From: Adineta vaga
Lineage: Eukaryota > Animalia > Rotifera
Direction of reading: 5' to 3'
DNA: 64,000 nucleotides
Assembly: GCA_021613535.1 (NCBI GenBank)
Contig: CP075493.1
Coordinates: forward strand, 3,472,001 to 3,536,000
The position numbers were made by a program, and so were the translations under genes. This document shows, one piece after another, positions 14,009 through 26,148 of the stretch (its first letter is position 1; every line of letters starts with the position of its first letter). Under the pieces are notes generated by a model that worked only from the letters and a program-made list of their open reading frames with translations, ran no database searches and was not told where the DNA came from.

Positions 14009-16071
14009 TATCTATATAGCTATATATATTAAATCAATCAGAATTTTTTGTCTTTATTCCCTTGTATATATATACTCTTTTTGTTTTCTATTCAATGTGA
14101 ATGAACGAAACACTATTCTAATAATACTCATGATAGAGAGAGAAAAAAAAGAACTTAAATGACAAGATTCTTTCGTCTTATGTTTTGTCTGTTTTTGCTA
14201 TTGCGGATATTCTATATACATATATATATATATATATATGCATAAATAGTGTAGTATTCGAAAATCAACATGTGTTCTCATCGTTTATTTTTTTGCGTGT
14301 TATACATTTGTTTTCTTTTTCTTTTCTTTTCTTTTTTTTTATGTCACGTGTACTAGTAAAAAATACATGCGTGACTTGTTCTACACAATCAGAGAAAAAG
14401 AAATCATACGATCTATTGTCCATGAATGGACATGGCATTTTTTTCTAGTATGACAATTCTGTCATCTATTAGAATAGAAAGAGAAGATATTTCGAGGGAT
14501 CATAAGAAGGAAACTCTTGACTGATTGATTTGTAGTCCCTGGGAACATAACTTTTGTTAACCTAAATTTTTTTTTACTTCTCGGTTCAAAGTATCATTGA
14601 CATAAGTTATTTTCATTGAATTACTCGATTCAACTAGTCAAGAAACTAGATCAAATATTCATAGAGTATCGTTATGTTTTTCTCCAATTATTATATTCAT
14701 CTTGTTAACAATCACTTATCACATACTCAAGTTGTTTTTGATCTTTCTATTCTTTTCAGTACGATAATCTTTAAAGAAAAGCAACACAATCAAAACATAC
14801 ATATACGGTTGACACCATCATTATGATATGCTCACAACACTTTCATTTTAGCCATCAGGCAACTATTGGGTAAGTTACCTTCTCTAATCGTCTACTCGTG
14901 TATACGGATCAATAGATTATTGAGTAGACTTGTCTGCCGTTCTACTGTTTTGTTATAAAGACTTACTTTCTCTAATCAACGTCATATGGCTTGAGGTCAT
15001 TAGTTGTTTCTGATCTATTCGGCATCGACCAGTCGACATCACTATTTCACATTGTTTCATACAAATAACAAAAGAAAATTTCGACGGACAAATGTTTATT
15101 AGAATCGATCTGTGTCACTGACAAAAATACAATTAGATAGATTTGACATTTCCATGTTCAACACTGTTCTTCGTTCTGATCTGTTAGAACGAAAGTGACT
15201 ACTGCTTGATTATTAATAAGCATGAAATGTAGACACAATGATTCCGACGCTGAGCCAAATCAAATAAGTTGTCTACCTATTTTCAATAGGAGAAGTTAAT
15301 AGAGTTTTGTTTTCGTCAAATTCACGAGCAGAAGGTGTGGCACCGGATGAATATTTGATTGACTGCAGGTGTAAAGAAAAATCTTTTTGCGTGCTGTGTG
15401 ACTACAATTCAATATTGTGCTTCCTGTACAATGGTTCATTCATTGTATATGAAGATGATAAGTAGGTGGTACAAGGCATCGCGTGTCTATAGACTGAGAA
15501 AATCGACTAGACATACTACTCAAAATGTGCGAACAATAGTATTCGATAGAGATTTTAATCTTTTCCATTATATGCACGTGTACTGCTAGACAAAGAAACA
15601 ATAAGAATCTACATTTCTAGATTGTCCAATAACCTGATAAAACTATCTTAAAGGTCACTTTTGTTTTTTTTTAAATTTATACGGTTAATTGTGTCATAAC
15701 TGATCAGTAAATTAGAAGATTATGATGTCAATCAAACAAAATATTCGACGAGAAGAGATTATTCTCATCGAACATGTCGTGTTTTCTTTGAATGTATAAA
15801 TCGCATGATGTAACCGTTATTCCTAATTGTTTTGAAAACAAGAAAAGAAAGTGTTCCGCTCTCTAATTTTATCGTTCGATGAAAACATAAGAGAACGGAC
15901 AGAAAAAGAAATCTAGCGAATAGAAATGTCTTGTTCCTCCAATCAATTAACGTTCCATTTTCGACATTTCTTTTTCTTTTCTTCTCCTTTCCTCTTCTTT
16001 CTCAATCATCTCTCATTTTCCATTTCAATCAACACAACAATATAACATAGTCATATTTGAATAGAAAATCA

Positions 16072-16441
16072 ATGATGACAACAATCACCTTATCGCCCGG
16101 AAAACATTGTTTTACATCATCACCATCTCATTTAAAGAAACGTCATACGTTACCAATGTTAACAAATGGAAATCTACCTGATCTGTTAAATGATATCTTC
16201 ATTGAACAACAACAACGTCAGAAAACTATTGTAAATATTGCAACACTCTTAAGAAAAGTTGGCGATCAAATGGATGAACAATTACAGGTAATTTTTGTTA
16301 ACTTAGAGACTAATTCCTATCATTGAATCTTCTAATTTTTAGATTAACAATAATGTCATATCATTAGATGATTGTATATTTGGTCAAGGAACGCTTATAT
16401 TTATCACATGTGTATCTCATGTACTACGTTTTTTCTTGTAA
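16072..16441 (+). CDS. Candidate BH3-only (pro-apoptotic BCL-2 family) tail-anchored protein, 104 aa (exons 16072-16287, 16343-16441)
   Basis: 'IATLLRKVGDQMD' fits the BH3 consensus; 55-nt phase-0 GT-AG intron; hydrophobic C-terminus 'TLIFITCVSHVLRFFL*'; AATAAA at 16559. Confidence 0.7.
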
Positions 16442-16464
16442 TCTTTTAATTTTAATTCTTGTTC

Positions 16465-16564
16465 TTTGACCCGGTTGTTGAATGAATGGTGCTAGGTAGC
16501 ACTTGACTTGTACATAATTATGTGTTTTGTTTTCTAATATTTATTTTTCAATATATAAAATAAA
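16465..16564 (+). promoter_or_regulatory. 3'UTR motifs: CCCGGT (16470-16475), miR-29-family 8mer TGGTGCTA (16487-16494), Pumilio element TGTACATA (16509-16516), polyA signal (16559-16564)
   Basis: Exact motif matches clustered within about 75 nt after the stop codon; function not shown. Confidence 0.4.
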
Positions 16565-19500
16565 ACATTGCATTCCTAAAGAACATTTGACTTGATCTTA
16601 TCATAAATTTAATCTCATAAACAAACTATCGAATAAAACTCATTTGTCACCTTGTTTTTAATTCGATCAGCAAGTGTCATTGACTTATCACTCTTTTCCT
16701 AGGTGACACGTGTCTTGTCATTGACATGAACATATTTTTGTCTTCAAATGTGTGAAAACGGATGGTTATCATCCATATTTGATTAGGTCATTGAAACAGA
16801 AATGGTCAAGTAGTGATCATCATCATCTTAACATTTGCCTGCGAGATAATCAAGCAGAAAACAAAATGTCATCTATACCGATAGTCATTTTCATTCTTTG
16901 TCTTTGAAAAATGAGATGCTTGATTTTTGACGAAACCGTCACCGCCTTCTCCTTTTTGTCTTTGATCATCAATCGATAAGTGTCTTATATTCGTTGTCAT
17001 ATCAATTTCATTGCAGACCGCATTATTTTCTCTGATAGTGCGGCTATGGGTGGTTTCTTTTTCGTTTACAATTTGATGTTCTTGTTCTATTAACTAAAGC
17101 CGAATACTACAAACTTTGATGTATCACTATTGAAGAATATTAAAAATGGCACGTGCGTTTCAAATTTCATTCGATTTTCAAAATTGAAAAAAATAATATG
17201 ATAAGTCTATCGTAGTTTTTTGTCAGCATGATATATATCTAATTAAAAAAGTGTGTACTCGATACCTTACGGTATATTGATCGATTCAACTGATATGTTT
17301 ATGGATCGATTAAATCATTCGATAAACAAGTTTATTTTGTCGTCAATTGATTTCGATCTTATCACATATCATAAGACTATTACCTAGTATCAAGTTAATC
17401 ATCCGATTACCTCATACAGTATATCTTGTTAGTGGGTGTTCTATTGAAAAAAATTGGCTTGCATTCAATATTCAGGTGTTAAATATCATACTGAAATATC
17501 AAAAAAGAAAAAAAAATGACAGAATCGGTAGCATCAGATTGCGAAAATGAATATTTGCGCAAGAATGATTCAATTTATTCATGCTTTATTTCCCGACGAA
17601 ACCACTCATAAATCAATTAGCATTTATGTTTGTAGAGGAAAACATCACTATGAGAAAATATCCAGGATAATTAGTCAAATCTAATCGGATAGAACGATTA
17701 AGACGAAGCTAGTGAAAGAAGTGTTTTCATGATGATCGAAGAGTTCATTCGTTGTTCTCTTTTTCAAAAGAAGAAGGAAAAAAAAACATGACCTTTTAGA
17801 TTTGCCTTTTTTGTTGTTTCGTTTATCATAGCAATCTTTTTTTGATTTTATGATTTAGAAAGAAAAGGAGAAGAAAAAAGGAGTTCTTAATGAATGTTAT
17901 TCTTCTTTATTTGCACGATTTCTTCTATTTTGTTCCTCTATACTATAGATAGTTAATTATGTTATTATTTCTGTTTTATTAGCTTTTATTATTATATGCA
18001 TCGGATACTAAAGATCTAGGTAACAAAAAATATTATAGTCTATTATAGGAGATTGTCAGAAATTTGATTAGATGATACATTTGAACGGTCATGTACGAAG
18101 ATAAGAATTACAAATGATCAATGGAAAAAGCATAATTTAAATGTTATTTGTGATATTCTCAAGGGAAGAAAAGTACTATTCAAAAATAGGAACAAAGGTC
18201 TTGATAAAAACAAATTATTCTCGAGTCTATGACACACTTCACATCTGTGTCGTTGAAATTTGTATCGTACACGATATTTTGATATAAGATACTACTAAGC
18301 ACTGCAAGTAAAAGAGTTGTAATAGTAACTATAAGATAAACTTTCGTGGCACATCACAAAGTTATATTGATAGAATAAGAAGAATTACATGAAATTTATG
18401 CGAAAGGTCAACTGGAGGATTGTTCGAGTGAAGATTGATATTCAAAAAGAAGAAGAGAATGCGAATTACTCGTCATAATCATTATTGTGAATATTAGTCA
18501 TCGAGTTTTTTTTTTCCATTATCTTCAATTCCATTGGGAGATTATTGTCGTAAAAGAATCTTCTTCTATAGAGCTGAGACAACCTTCAATATCAATGACT
18601 TGATGATGTCTTCAATGCGTTGTTTTCGAACAAAGAAAAATGGTATGCATTAGGATTTATTTATCTCATAGAATAATTTTTGACGAATTAGATGATTTTT
18701 ATCAATCAATGACTAGTCTTATTATATCATATTCGATGGATTATTCTCAAAAAATGCCTTTTCATTCGTTTTCTTTTTCAATTTCGAAAGTATACATTCT
18801 TTTCTTCGGATGAAAAAGAAAAAAACTTCTACATTTTTTTCTCATTGATTTATACATAGTTTATTGTATTACTTTTTCTTCTTATTTCTTTTTTCTAATA
18901 GTGTTTTTCAACATCAATATTATTATTTAAGTTGATTCATATTCATTGTATCGTTCCCATGTACTCAATGAGAATATTTGTTACTATTACCATCAATAGA
19001 CGTAGATTGCTTCATTCGTTCGTCTTTGTGTATATGAAGAATATGGTATATAAAAAGCAATCACCAAGTCAAACGACATTTTTCACGAGAAGAAAAGAAA
19101 AAAAAACATGCGTTACAGAATGGAATATGGAAGTACAGTTTAGTTATCGTCTTTCTGTATCCTGTCACATAGGCTTAGAAACCGATAAATACATATATAT
19201 TCATTAGTCGATCTTATTGTCGTCATTGTAGGAAAGTGGGTAGAAAATGCTGAGTTATGCGTTTGTTTTTTTTCATACGCACTTCTCTGTCTCTTTCTTC
19301 TTCTTCTTCTTTTCTATCTGCATCTCTCAGGAGAAAAAAACGAAGCAGCAGAAGTAGTAGTAGACGAAGAAGAAAAAAGGAACAGATATGATAGATAGAA
19401 GCACAGCAAGCCAAAATAAACTTTGCTCTTCTTTTCCTTTTATTCTTCTTTTATTGATGATACGCCATACAATTGAGACATGGTGTCCATCTTTCGTGAA

Positions 19501-20105
19501 ATGTTAAGGTCAATTGATCATTCTCATGTATATATTTAGTTTTCAAAAAAAAAGTCTTCATCTTTTCATAGATCATTTTTCTAATTTTTCATCACAACAT
19601 ACAGTTTGCCGGTCAATGAAATAGTGATGTATTCCTTGTTCTTTCTTCTTTTCTTTTTTCTATTATAAATATATATATATAGATATATACGTATATATAT
19701 ATGTATACGCAGTACCGAAAGAAAAAAGGAAAGAAGGTCACTGGCGGCGGGCGATTACTTGTTGTTGTTTTTGTAGTTAGTCGTAGATAACAAGCTGCCA
19801 AAATTCTCGATCATACAATTACTCATTCTATCTCATCTCATTTTTTTCCTTCTTGCTTCAAACTCGTTCATCTTCCATTTCAGATATTCGGTGTATATAA
19901 GGATGCTATGCGCACATCTCGACTCTCCTTTAGGCTACCGCAAATCGACACAGACCGTTAGACAAAATGAAAAGTGTGCACAGCTGTGTCAGTGCCAGCC
20001 TAGAGGATAGACAAGAAGAAAATCAGAAATTGTTGTTAAATACAGCTGTGGCTAAAACGTTCCTTTTTTTGTGTGGTTTTATAGATTTATTTTTAACGAA
20101 TAATA

Positions 20106-22783
20106 ATGGCTGAAAACGATTCAACACCAGCAGAAATTCATATCTACAAACCCGATGAACACGGTAAGAAAATTACATCTAATTAATTGATTCATCGTAT
20201 TCTTTCGAATGTTTTAGGTAATACATTAGTAATTGAAGGAGAAAAACATTCGACAAATAGTGGAGATCCAAATTCTTCGACTGTATCGGAAAGTCATCAT
20301 CAAAAAGAACAAATTATTATTGAAAATCCCAATGATCCTTTGTCAACTGTTACACATCGCGTCGAAGATATTCATGTAAAAGTAGAAAATGAAACTACAA
20401 CAGAAGTCGCATCAGTTGAAGATAAAGCTCAAGAAGTTAAAGGTAAGAATTTCTTTTTGAATTATCACAAACTAGATTAGATAGTTTTTATCCTTTATCG
20501 TTTTAGACAAGACTAATGATGTAATTGATACAACAAAAGATAAAGTACAGGAAGCAGTTGATGTAACCAATGAAAAAGTCAATGAATTACAACATGATGC
20601 TGCAGTCACGTCTCACGATGTTCAAGGTTAATATTGATTTTTAGAGAAGTATTAAAATGAAAAGTTGTTTGTTTTCTATTTGTCTAGAAAAAGCAACGAA
20701 ATTAAAAGAAGACACAATTGCTGTTGCTCATGCAGTCGAAGATAAAGCTGCAGAAGTAACACATAATGTTGAAGGTAGCAGTTTTATTTCTTGATTATTG
20801 TGTTTATATAAATGTCTAACAGATAAAGCGGCTGTTATCGCTCATGACACACAAGAAAAAGCTAAAGAAGTAGCACATGATGTTCAAGGTAAAATTTCTT
20901 AGTCATAGCAAATCTCTTCTCCATCCTAATGTTTCGTAGACAAAGCAGTTGAATTGAAAGAAGATGCCGTTGCTGTTGCTCATGCAGCTGGAGATAAAGC
21001 TGCTGAAGTAGCACATGATGCTCAAGGTACTATCATTTATTGTATATACTTCTTTTTTCTTTACTAAATTTTTATAGATAAAGCAGTTGAATTGAAAGAA
21101 GAAGCCGTTGCCGCTGCACATGCAGTTGAGGATAAAGCTGCTGACGTCGTACATAATGTTCAAGGTATGAGGAAAATTCTGGAGATCAGTTCTTATAAAG
21201 ATGCGAATTCTTTTATAGATAAGGCTACTGAATTGAAAGAAGACACAGTTGCTGCTGCTCACGTTGCGGAAGACAAAGCTACAGACGCTGCTCATACAGT
21301 ACAAGGTAAAAGTTCAATTATATGTTTTTTTTCTTTACGTGAATATATTTTAGACAAAGCTGTGGAATTTAAGGATAACGCAATTGCTTCTGCTCATGTA
21401 GTACAAGAGAAAGCTGCAGAAGTAGCACATAATGCTCAAGGTAAGTTTATATAAAAGTGAACTTCATCATCGTTTAGAAAAAAAGAACATATTTATCATA
21501 GAAAAAGCAATCGAAATCGCTACAAGTACATAATGCTCAAGGTAAGTTTATATAAAAGTGAACTTCATCATCGTTTAGAAAAAAAGAACATATTTATCAT
21601 AGAAAAAGCAATCGAAATCGCTACAAGTACAAAGGATGCACTCATCGCTGGTGAAAAAGTTGTTGAAGAGAAATTAGTTGCTGCTAAAGATACAGTTATA
21701 GGTAGGTTTATGAGAAATAATTCAATATATCTCACATTGATAGAATATATGTATAGAAAAGTCAAGTGGACTAGTCGAAAGTGTTAAACATACTGCTCAT
21801 GATGTAAGTGTTAAAGCACAAGAATTAGAAAAATCAGCTGAAGAAAAATTACATGCAGCTGGACAAATTGGTAAAAAAAACATTTGCATCATTTTGTTTG
21901 TCTTCATATTCTTTCAAATGAATTTTAGGTGGACAAAAATTAGAAGAAACGAAACAATGGTTAAGTGAAAAAGGTTCAGAAGCAAAGACGAAAGGTGCTG
22001 AAATTCTTGATGCGACACAACATGCATTAGCAACAGGTGCTGCTATTGTCACGGAAAAAGCTAAACAAGGCGTTGAATTAGCATCTGGAGCTGCTTCAAG
22101 TGTCAAAACAACGACTGGACAACTCGCTTCTGATGCTTCTGTTAAAGTTGCTGAAACTGCTCACAATGCCCAAGGTATAGATCTTTACCATTCACTGTCA
22201 CCATCACAGTTTTCTTTTGTATTTAGTCAAAACCAGCGAATTAATCTCAAGTGCTGGTACGAAAGCAGCTGTTGCTGCCGATGTTATTGCAACAAAAACT
22301 GTTGAAGCAAAAGATAGTACTGTTTCAGCTGCGCAAACTGTTGCAGCAACAGTTCAAGGTAAAACTTTCGATTAAAATGAAAATGAAATCTTTTATCAAT
22401 TCTATCTTATAGAAAAAACAAGTAATCTATTGGATTCTACAAAACATGTTTTAACATCATCTTCAACTCCTTCTACGACACTACCTGTTGTACCTGGTAG
22501 TACAAATTATGTTTCACAAGAAGCATACGTTACGGAAACAGCTCGTGAAACAGCTCATGGATCAGAACCAGTTCTTGCTGCATCAAACACAACTAAAACC
22601 AGTAAAGGTGGTCCAATCAATGCAATTCGTAACTTCTTTAGTCGGATATTTAGTTCAGCATCTCGGCAAGAACAACGTCGAAAAGTAAATACCAGCTCTG
22701 CTGTTCCCGTAGCAGAAGTAACAACAACTAGCGTATCAACAACAACAACGGTTGCAACAAGCAATCCTCAAGTACCATCTTAA
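20106..22783 (+). CDS. LEA (group 3-like) repeat protein, about 621 aa, 14 exons: 20106-20163, 20218-20442, 20507-20626, 20688-20774, 20823-20888, 20940-21026, 21078-21164, 21219-21305, 21354-21440, 21603-21701, 21757-21870, 21929-22174, 22227-22358, 22413-22783
   Basis: Ala/Lys/Glu/Asp/Thr/His-rich repeats 'DKAVELKEDAVAVAHAAGDKAAEVAHDAQ'; all 13 introns are GT-AG and phase 1; exon lengths sum to an intact 1866-nt ORF. Confidence 0.8.
21427..21631 (+). repeat. Perfect 101-bp tandem duplication (21427-21527, 21528-21628) with ACA junction microhomology
   Basis: Identical copies of ACATAATGCTCAAGgtaagttt...catagAAAAAGCAATCGAAATCGCTACAAGT. Confidence 0.95.
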
Positions 22784-22967
22784 AGCATTTATTCTCTATT
22801 CTAATCCTTCTAGCTTATTCGCCTGGTAAATAAACAGTACTCAATTACAACAAAAAAAAAGAAACATTTATTTCTCTTGCTCTATCCGTGTATACTTATA
22901 TACTTTATCATTTATCTGTATGCTATTGTTTCGTTATTCTTATTCACCTTTCTTTTCTCTCTTTTTC

Positions 22968-22988
22968 GCTCTCTCTCTCTCTCTCTCT
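22968..22988. repeat. (CT)n microsatellite in the LEA-like gene 3' region
   Basis: ctctctctct run. Confidence 0.8.
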
Positions 22989-25223
22989 TCATGTTGTTAC
23001 ACAACAGCAAACGATCGTACAAAAGATAAATAATGTTTAGTTGAATGAATTAAAAAAACAAAGCACAAATATTATTTCTCGATTTGAATTTTTTACGAAA
23101 AAAAACCATTAAGAATTTGTTAATAATGATGTGTATAGATGTAGTCATTTTGCTTCAAAGATTCGTTCGCTAATTTGTATTTTAAATATTCTCTTTTGTT
23201 TGTTTCATTTTCTTAAATGTTATTTTTAATGAACCATGAGTACCTTTTCATATAATATATTTACAATTAGGATAAACTAGAAATTGAAATCATTAGTTAA
23301 AATGATCATTCTCATAATAATACAACATTGTTTCGTTTGAGAAGCTGAATGAATAATCAAAATAAAATCATAGAGTAAAGATGTGGATTCTGATATCAAT
23401 ACAAACCAAAACGTCTGAAGTAATGGAGACGGAAAACTAATTTTCTAAGGCTATGATTAATAGATTAGGATAGTATTGATATATACATAGATGAAAAATG
23501 ACAAAAACAGCAGTCTACTGTTTGTTTTTTGAAAGATGATTAAACGATGATTACTGAAAATAATAATTTTTCATGGATTTGTACTTTAAAAAAAAAAGAT
23601 AATGTTTTCATTTTATTTGATACATTATTCCATCAACTGAAAAATAAAATACAGTCATTTATTTAGAGATGGAAACTATGAAACCTTAATAGAACAATTT
23701 TCTTACGAACATTTCTAAACAAGTCATCGAATTGATATTAAAAAACGTTCGTCATGTTCTTTCTTCTTTGATAATCATTTAGTCTAACAGATAATTTGTG
23801 TTTGTTGATCAGGTGTCACATATTTTCTCATCATCAACACTTTCTCATTAGTTTCACATCATCGTTATCATTTAATGCTCATCAAAAGATTAGTTCGAAT
23901 GTCGTCTCTTAGTCTTATTTTCTTTTCCATCGAAAGAAAATGATAAGAGTGTTAAGTTAATAGTAGTTAGTCTTAAGGGCACATATTATCATTGATGCGC
24001 GAGTGCGAATGCATTATGACTATGTGAGAGAAGAACTCCCTATATGTTGATTATTGGAAGATCGATGTTCATTTTAATCATCGATTGTGTCTAACATTAG
24101 ATGATTTCTTTTCTTTTAAATAAATAATTTGATTATTAATATTCAAGATCGATAGGGTAATAATTCTCAATTGATCGAAGAAATTCAAATCTCCAATGTA
24201 TTTTTGTTCCGTCTTCCTTCATTCAATCTTGTGCGTGTTCGAAGTATATCAAAAACAAATTAAATCAACGTTTTTTTTTAATTCTTCGATCATTTTATCA
24301 ATAAGGATATACACATATCGATCATACTACACAATCACTAATTACTCAAAACATTCCGAACAATGATATATATATATAGATATGAGAAAGAAAAGAAACG
24401 AAGAAATCACGTACGAACAATGATGAGTGATTGAAATAAATACACATATATAGATTTCAATCAAGTTATTCGATGATCGATTACTTTTTGTTAGTTGATC
24501 AGCTACGAAATAGAAAAGATGAAATGTACATGAAGACAAGATCTTTCTCTTTCTAATCAATGAAATATTCAAGAATTGAATCGAATGTTCAGATATCTTT
24601 CACTTTTTTCCTCTAGCAATGCATATTTCTCTTGATACCGATAACGATCATATGCGTTTGATTCTGTCTCTCTTCTTTTTTGTATTGATTGATGAGCAAA
24701 CTATCGTCATCATGTTTACACGACGAATAGATATTATTTTAATCGAGTTAGTCGCTTATCATATACTCTTTAGATGTGCGTGTTCATGAAGGCGTAGTTT
24801 TACTTGTCATCAATAGTATATGTAGATATATATATGCGCGCATATGTACACGAATGAATGGTATACCCTGTCATTTTCGTCGGCACGAGAGCTCAAAAGA
24901 AAAGATCTCGAAAATGATCCTTCGTGATAAATAATAAAATCGATCAAATATCAAATTAGTTTCAATGATTCTCTCAATCATAACATTTTCTTGTCTTTTC
25001 TCATCTAGACAGTCTTTTTCACATCTGTGCAAACCAATAGCTAACCTTTTCATTATTGACTTGCTTAATTTCCAGATGATTATTTTGTTCCTAATCGGTT
25101 TTCCAGAATAAGAACTTTCTATCTTTGTCTTTCTTCATTTCTTTGATGTACTAGTCTATTCATCTAACTACTCTTGTTCGTCATCAGTTATACTTTACTA
25201 CAGCATAAGTATCTTTTTACATG

Positions 25224-25360
25224 ATTGGTTCGACAAAACGATCGATGCATCTTATATTACATGAAAAGAAAGACGAACGAGGGGAGAGAAAAATATGTGA
25301 TTACAATTGACCAATCATATATCGAAAAAAAAAATTTGCAAGGCAAGTAGGAAAGAGAAA

Positions 25361-25397
<37 letters not shown>
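25224..25397 (+). promoter_or_regulatory. Putative engrailed promoter region: inverted CCAAT (25224), CCAAT (25311) and (AG)17 tract (25364-25397)
   Basis: Motifs lie 100-275 nt upstream of the ATG. Confidence 0.4.
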
Positions 25398-25401
<4 letters not shown>

Positions 25402-25497
25402 GAAAACGAAAGAAAGTAATTTGCCTACATAGTCACTTAGTTATTTGATTCTAACTAGTAGAACTCGATACTTGTCAAAACAATTTTTTATTCTATT

Positions 25498-26148
25498 ATG
25501 GGTGCCGATGATCATCAATTATATCTTTCTTCACCTGATTCAACTTATTCTCGATCTTCATCATCATCATCATCAGCAGTTGTATTGAATAAAAAACAAT
25601 CAACAACAGTCAAATCTTTTCTTATATCGGATATATTAAAACCAACTTTCGGTCATCAAAATGATAAATGTAACATTCCGCTTTCGCCAACAACAACAAA
25701 TGATTCAACATCATCATCTTCAAATATAACTACACAACCAGAATTATTACCTGCATGGGTATTTTGTACTCGTTATTCAGATCGACCATCAGCAGGTATA
25801 TATGAAAAGAATTATTCAAATCAAACCCAATACATATTGATTTTAGGTCCACGTGCAAGAAAATCAAAAGCTAATGATTTAATTGATTCAAAACGACCAC
25901 GAACAGCATTTACAAACAATCAATTGATACGTTTAAAAGATGAATTTGAACGTAGTAAATATTTAACTGGTGAACGTCGACAGATTCTTGCTAATGAATT
26001 AGGTTTAAATGAAGCTCAAATCAAGATTTGGTATCAAAATAAACGTGCAAAAATAAAGAAAACATCGGGTATACGAAATACTTTAGCTATGCAATTGATG
26101 GCACAAGGACTATATAATCATACTTCATCGAATAATAAAAACATTTAA
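25498..26148 (+). CDS. en: Engrailed homeobox protein (intron 25796-25846; 199 aa spliced)
   Basis: EH1 'SFLISDIL', EH2 '[19 protein letters not shown]', homeodomain '[23 protein letters not shown]', EH5 '[13 protein letters not shown]'. Confidence 0.97.
   Translation: MGADDHQLYLSSPDSTYSRSSSSSSSAVVLNKKQSTTVKSFLISDILKPTFGHQNDKCNIPLSPTTTNDSTSSSSNITTQPELLPAWVFCTRYSDRPSAGIYEKNYSNQTQYILILGPRARKSKANDLIDSKRPRTAFTNNQLIRLKDEFERSKYLTGERRQILANELGLNEAQIKIWYQNKRAKIKKTSGIRNTLAMQLMAQGLYNHTSSNNKNI

Noticed and set aside
14535-14560. miR-125-like TCCCTGGGAACATAACTTTTG
   Set aside because: Seed mismatch and no complementary arm to form a hairpin
17347-19801. Short ORFs in intergenic DNA (also 14185, 15359, 24342 and 58315-61306)
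   Set aside because: Low-complexity translations of T/A tracts and microsatellites, often with non-ATG starts and no splice structure
20688-21440. Regularly spaced repeats resembling a CRISPR array
   Set aside because: The repeats are coding exons and the spacers are GT-AG introns; eukaryotic context with no cas genes
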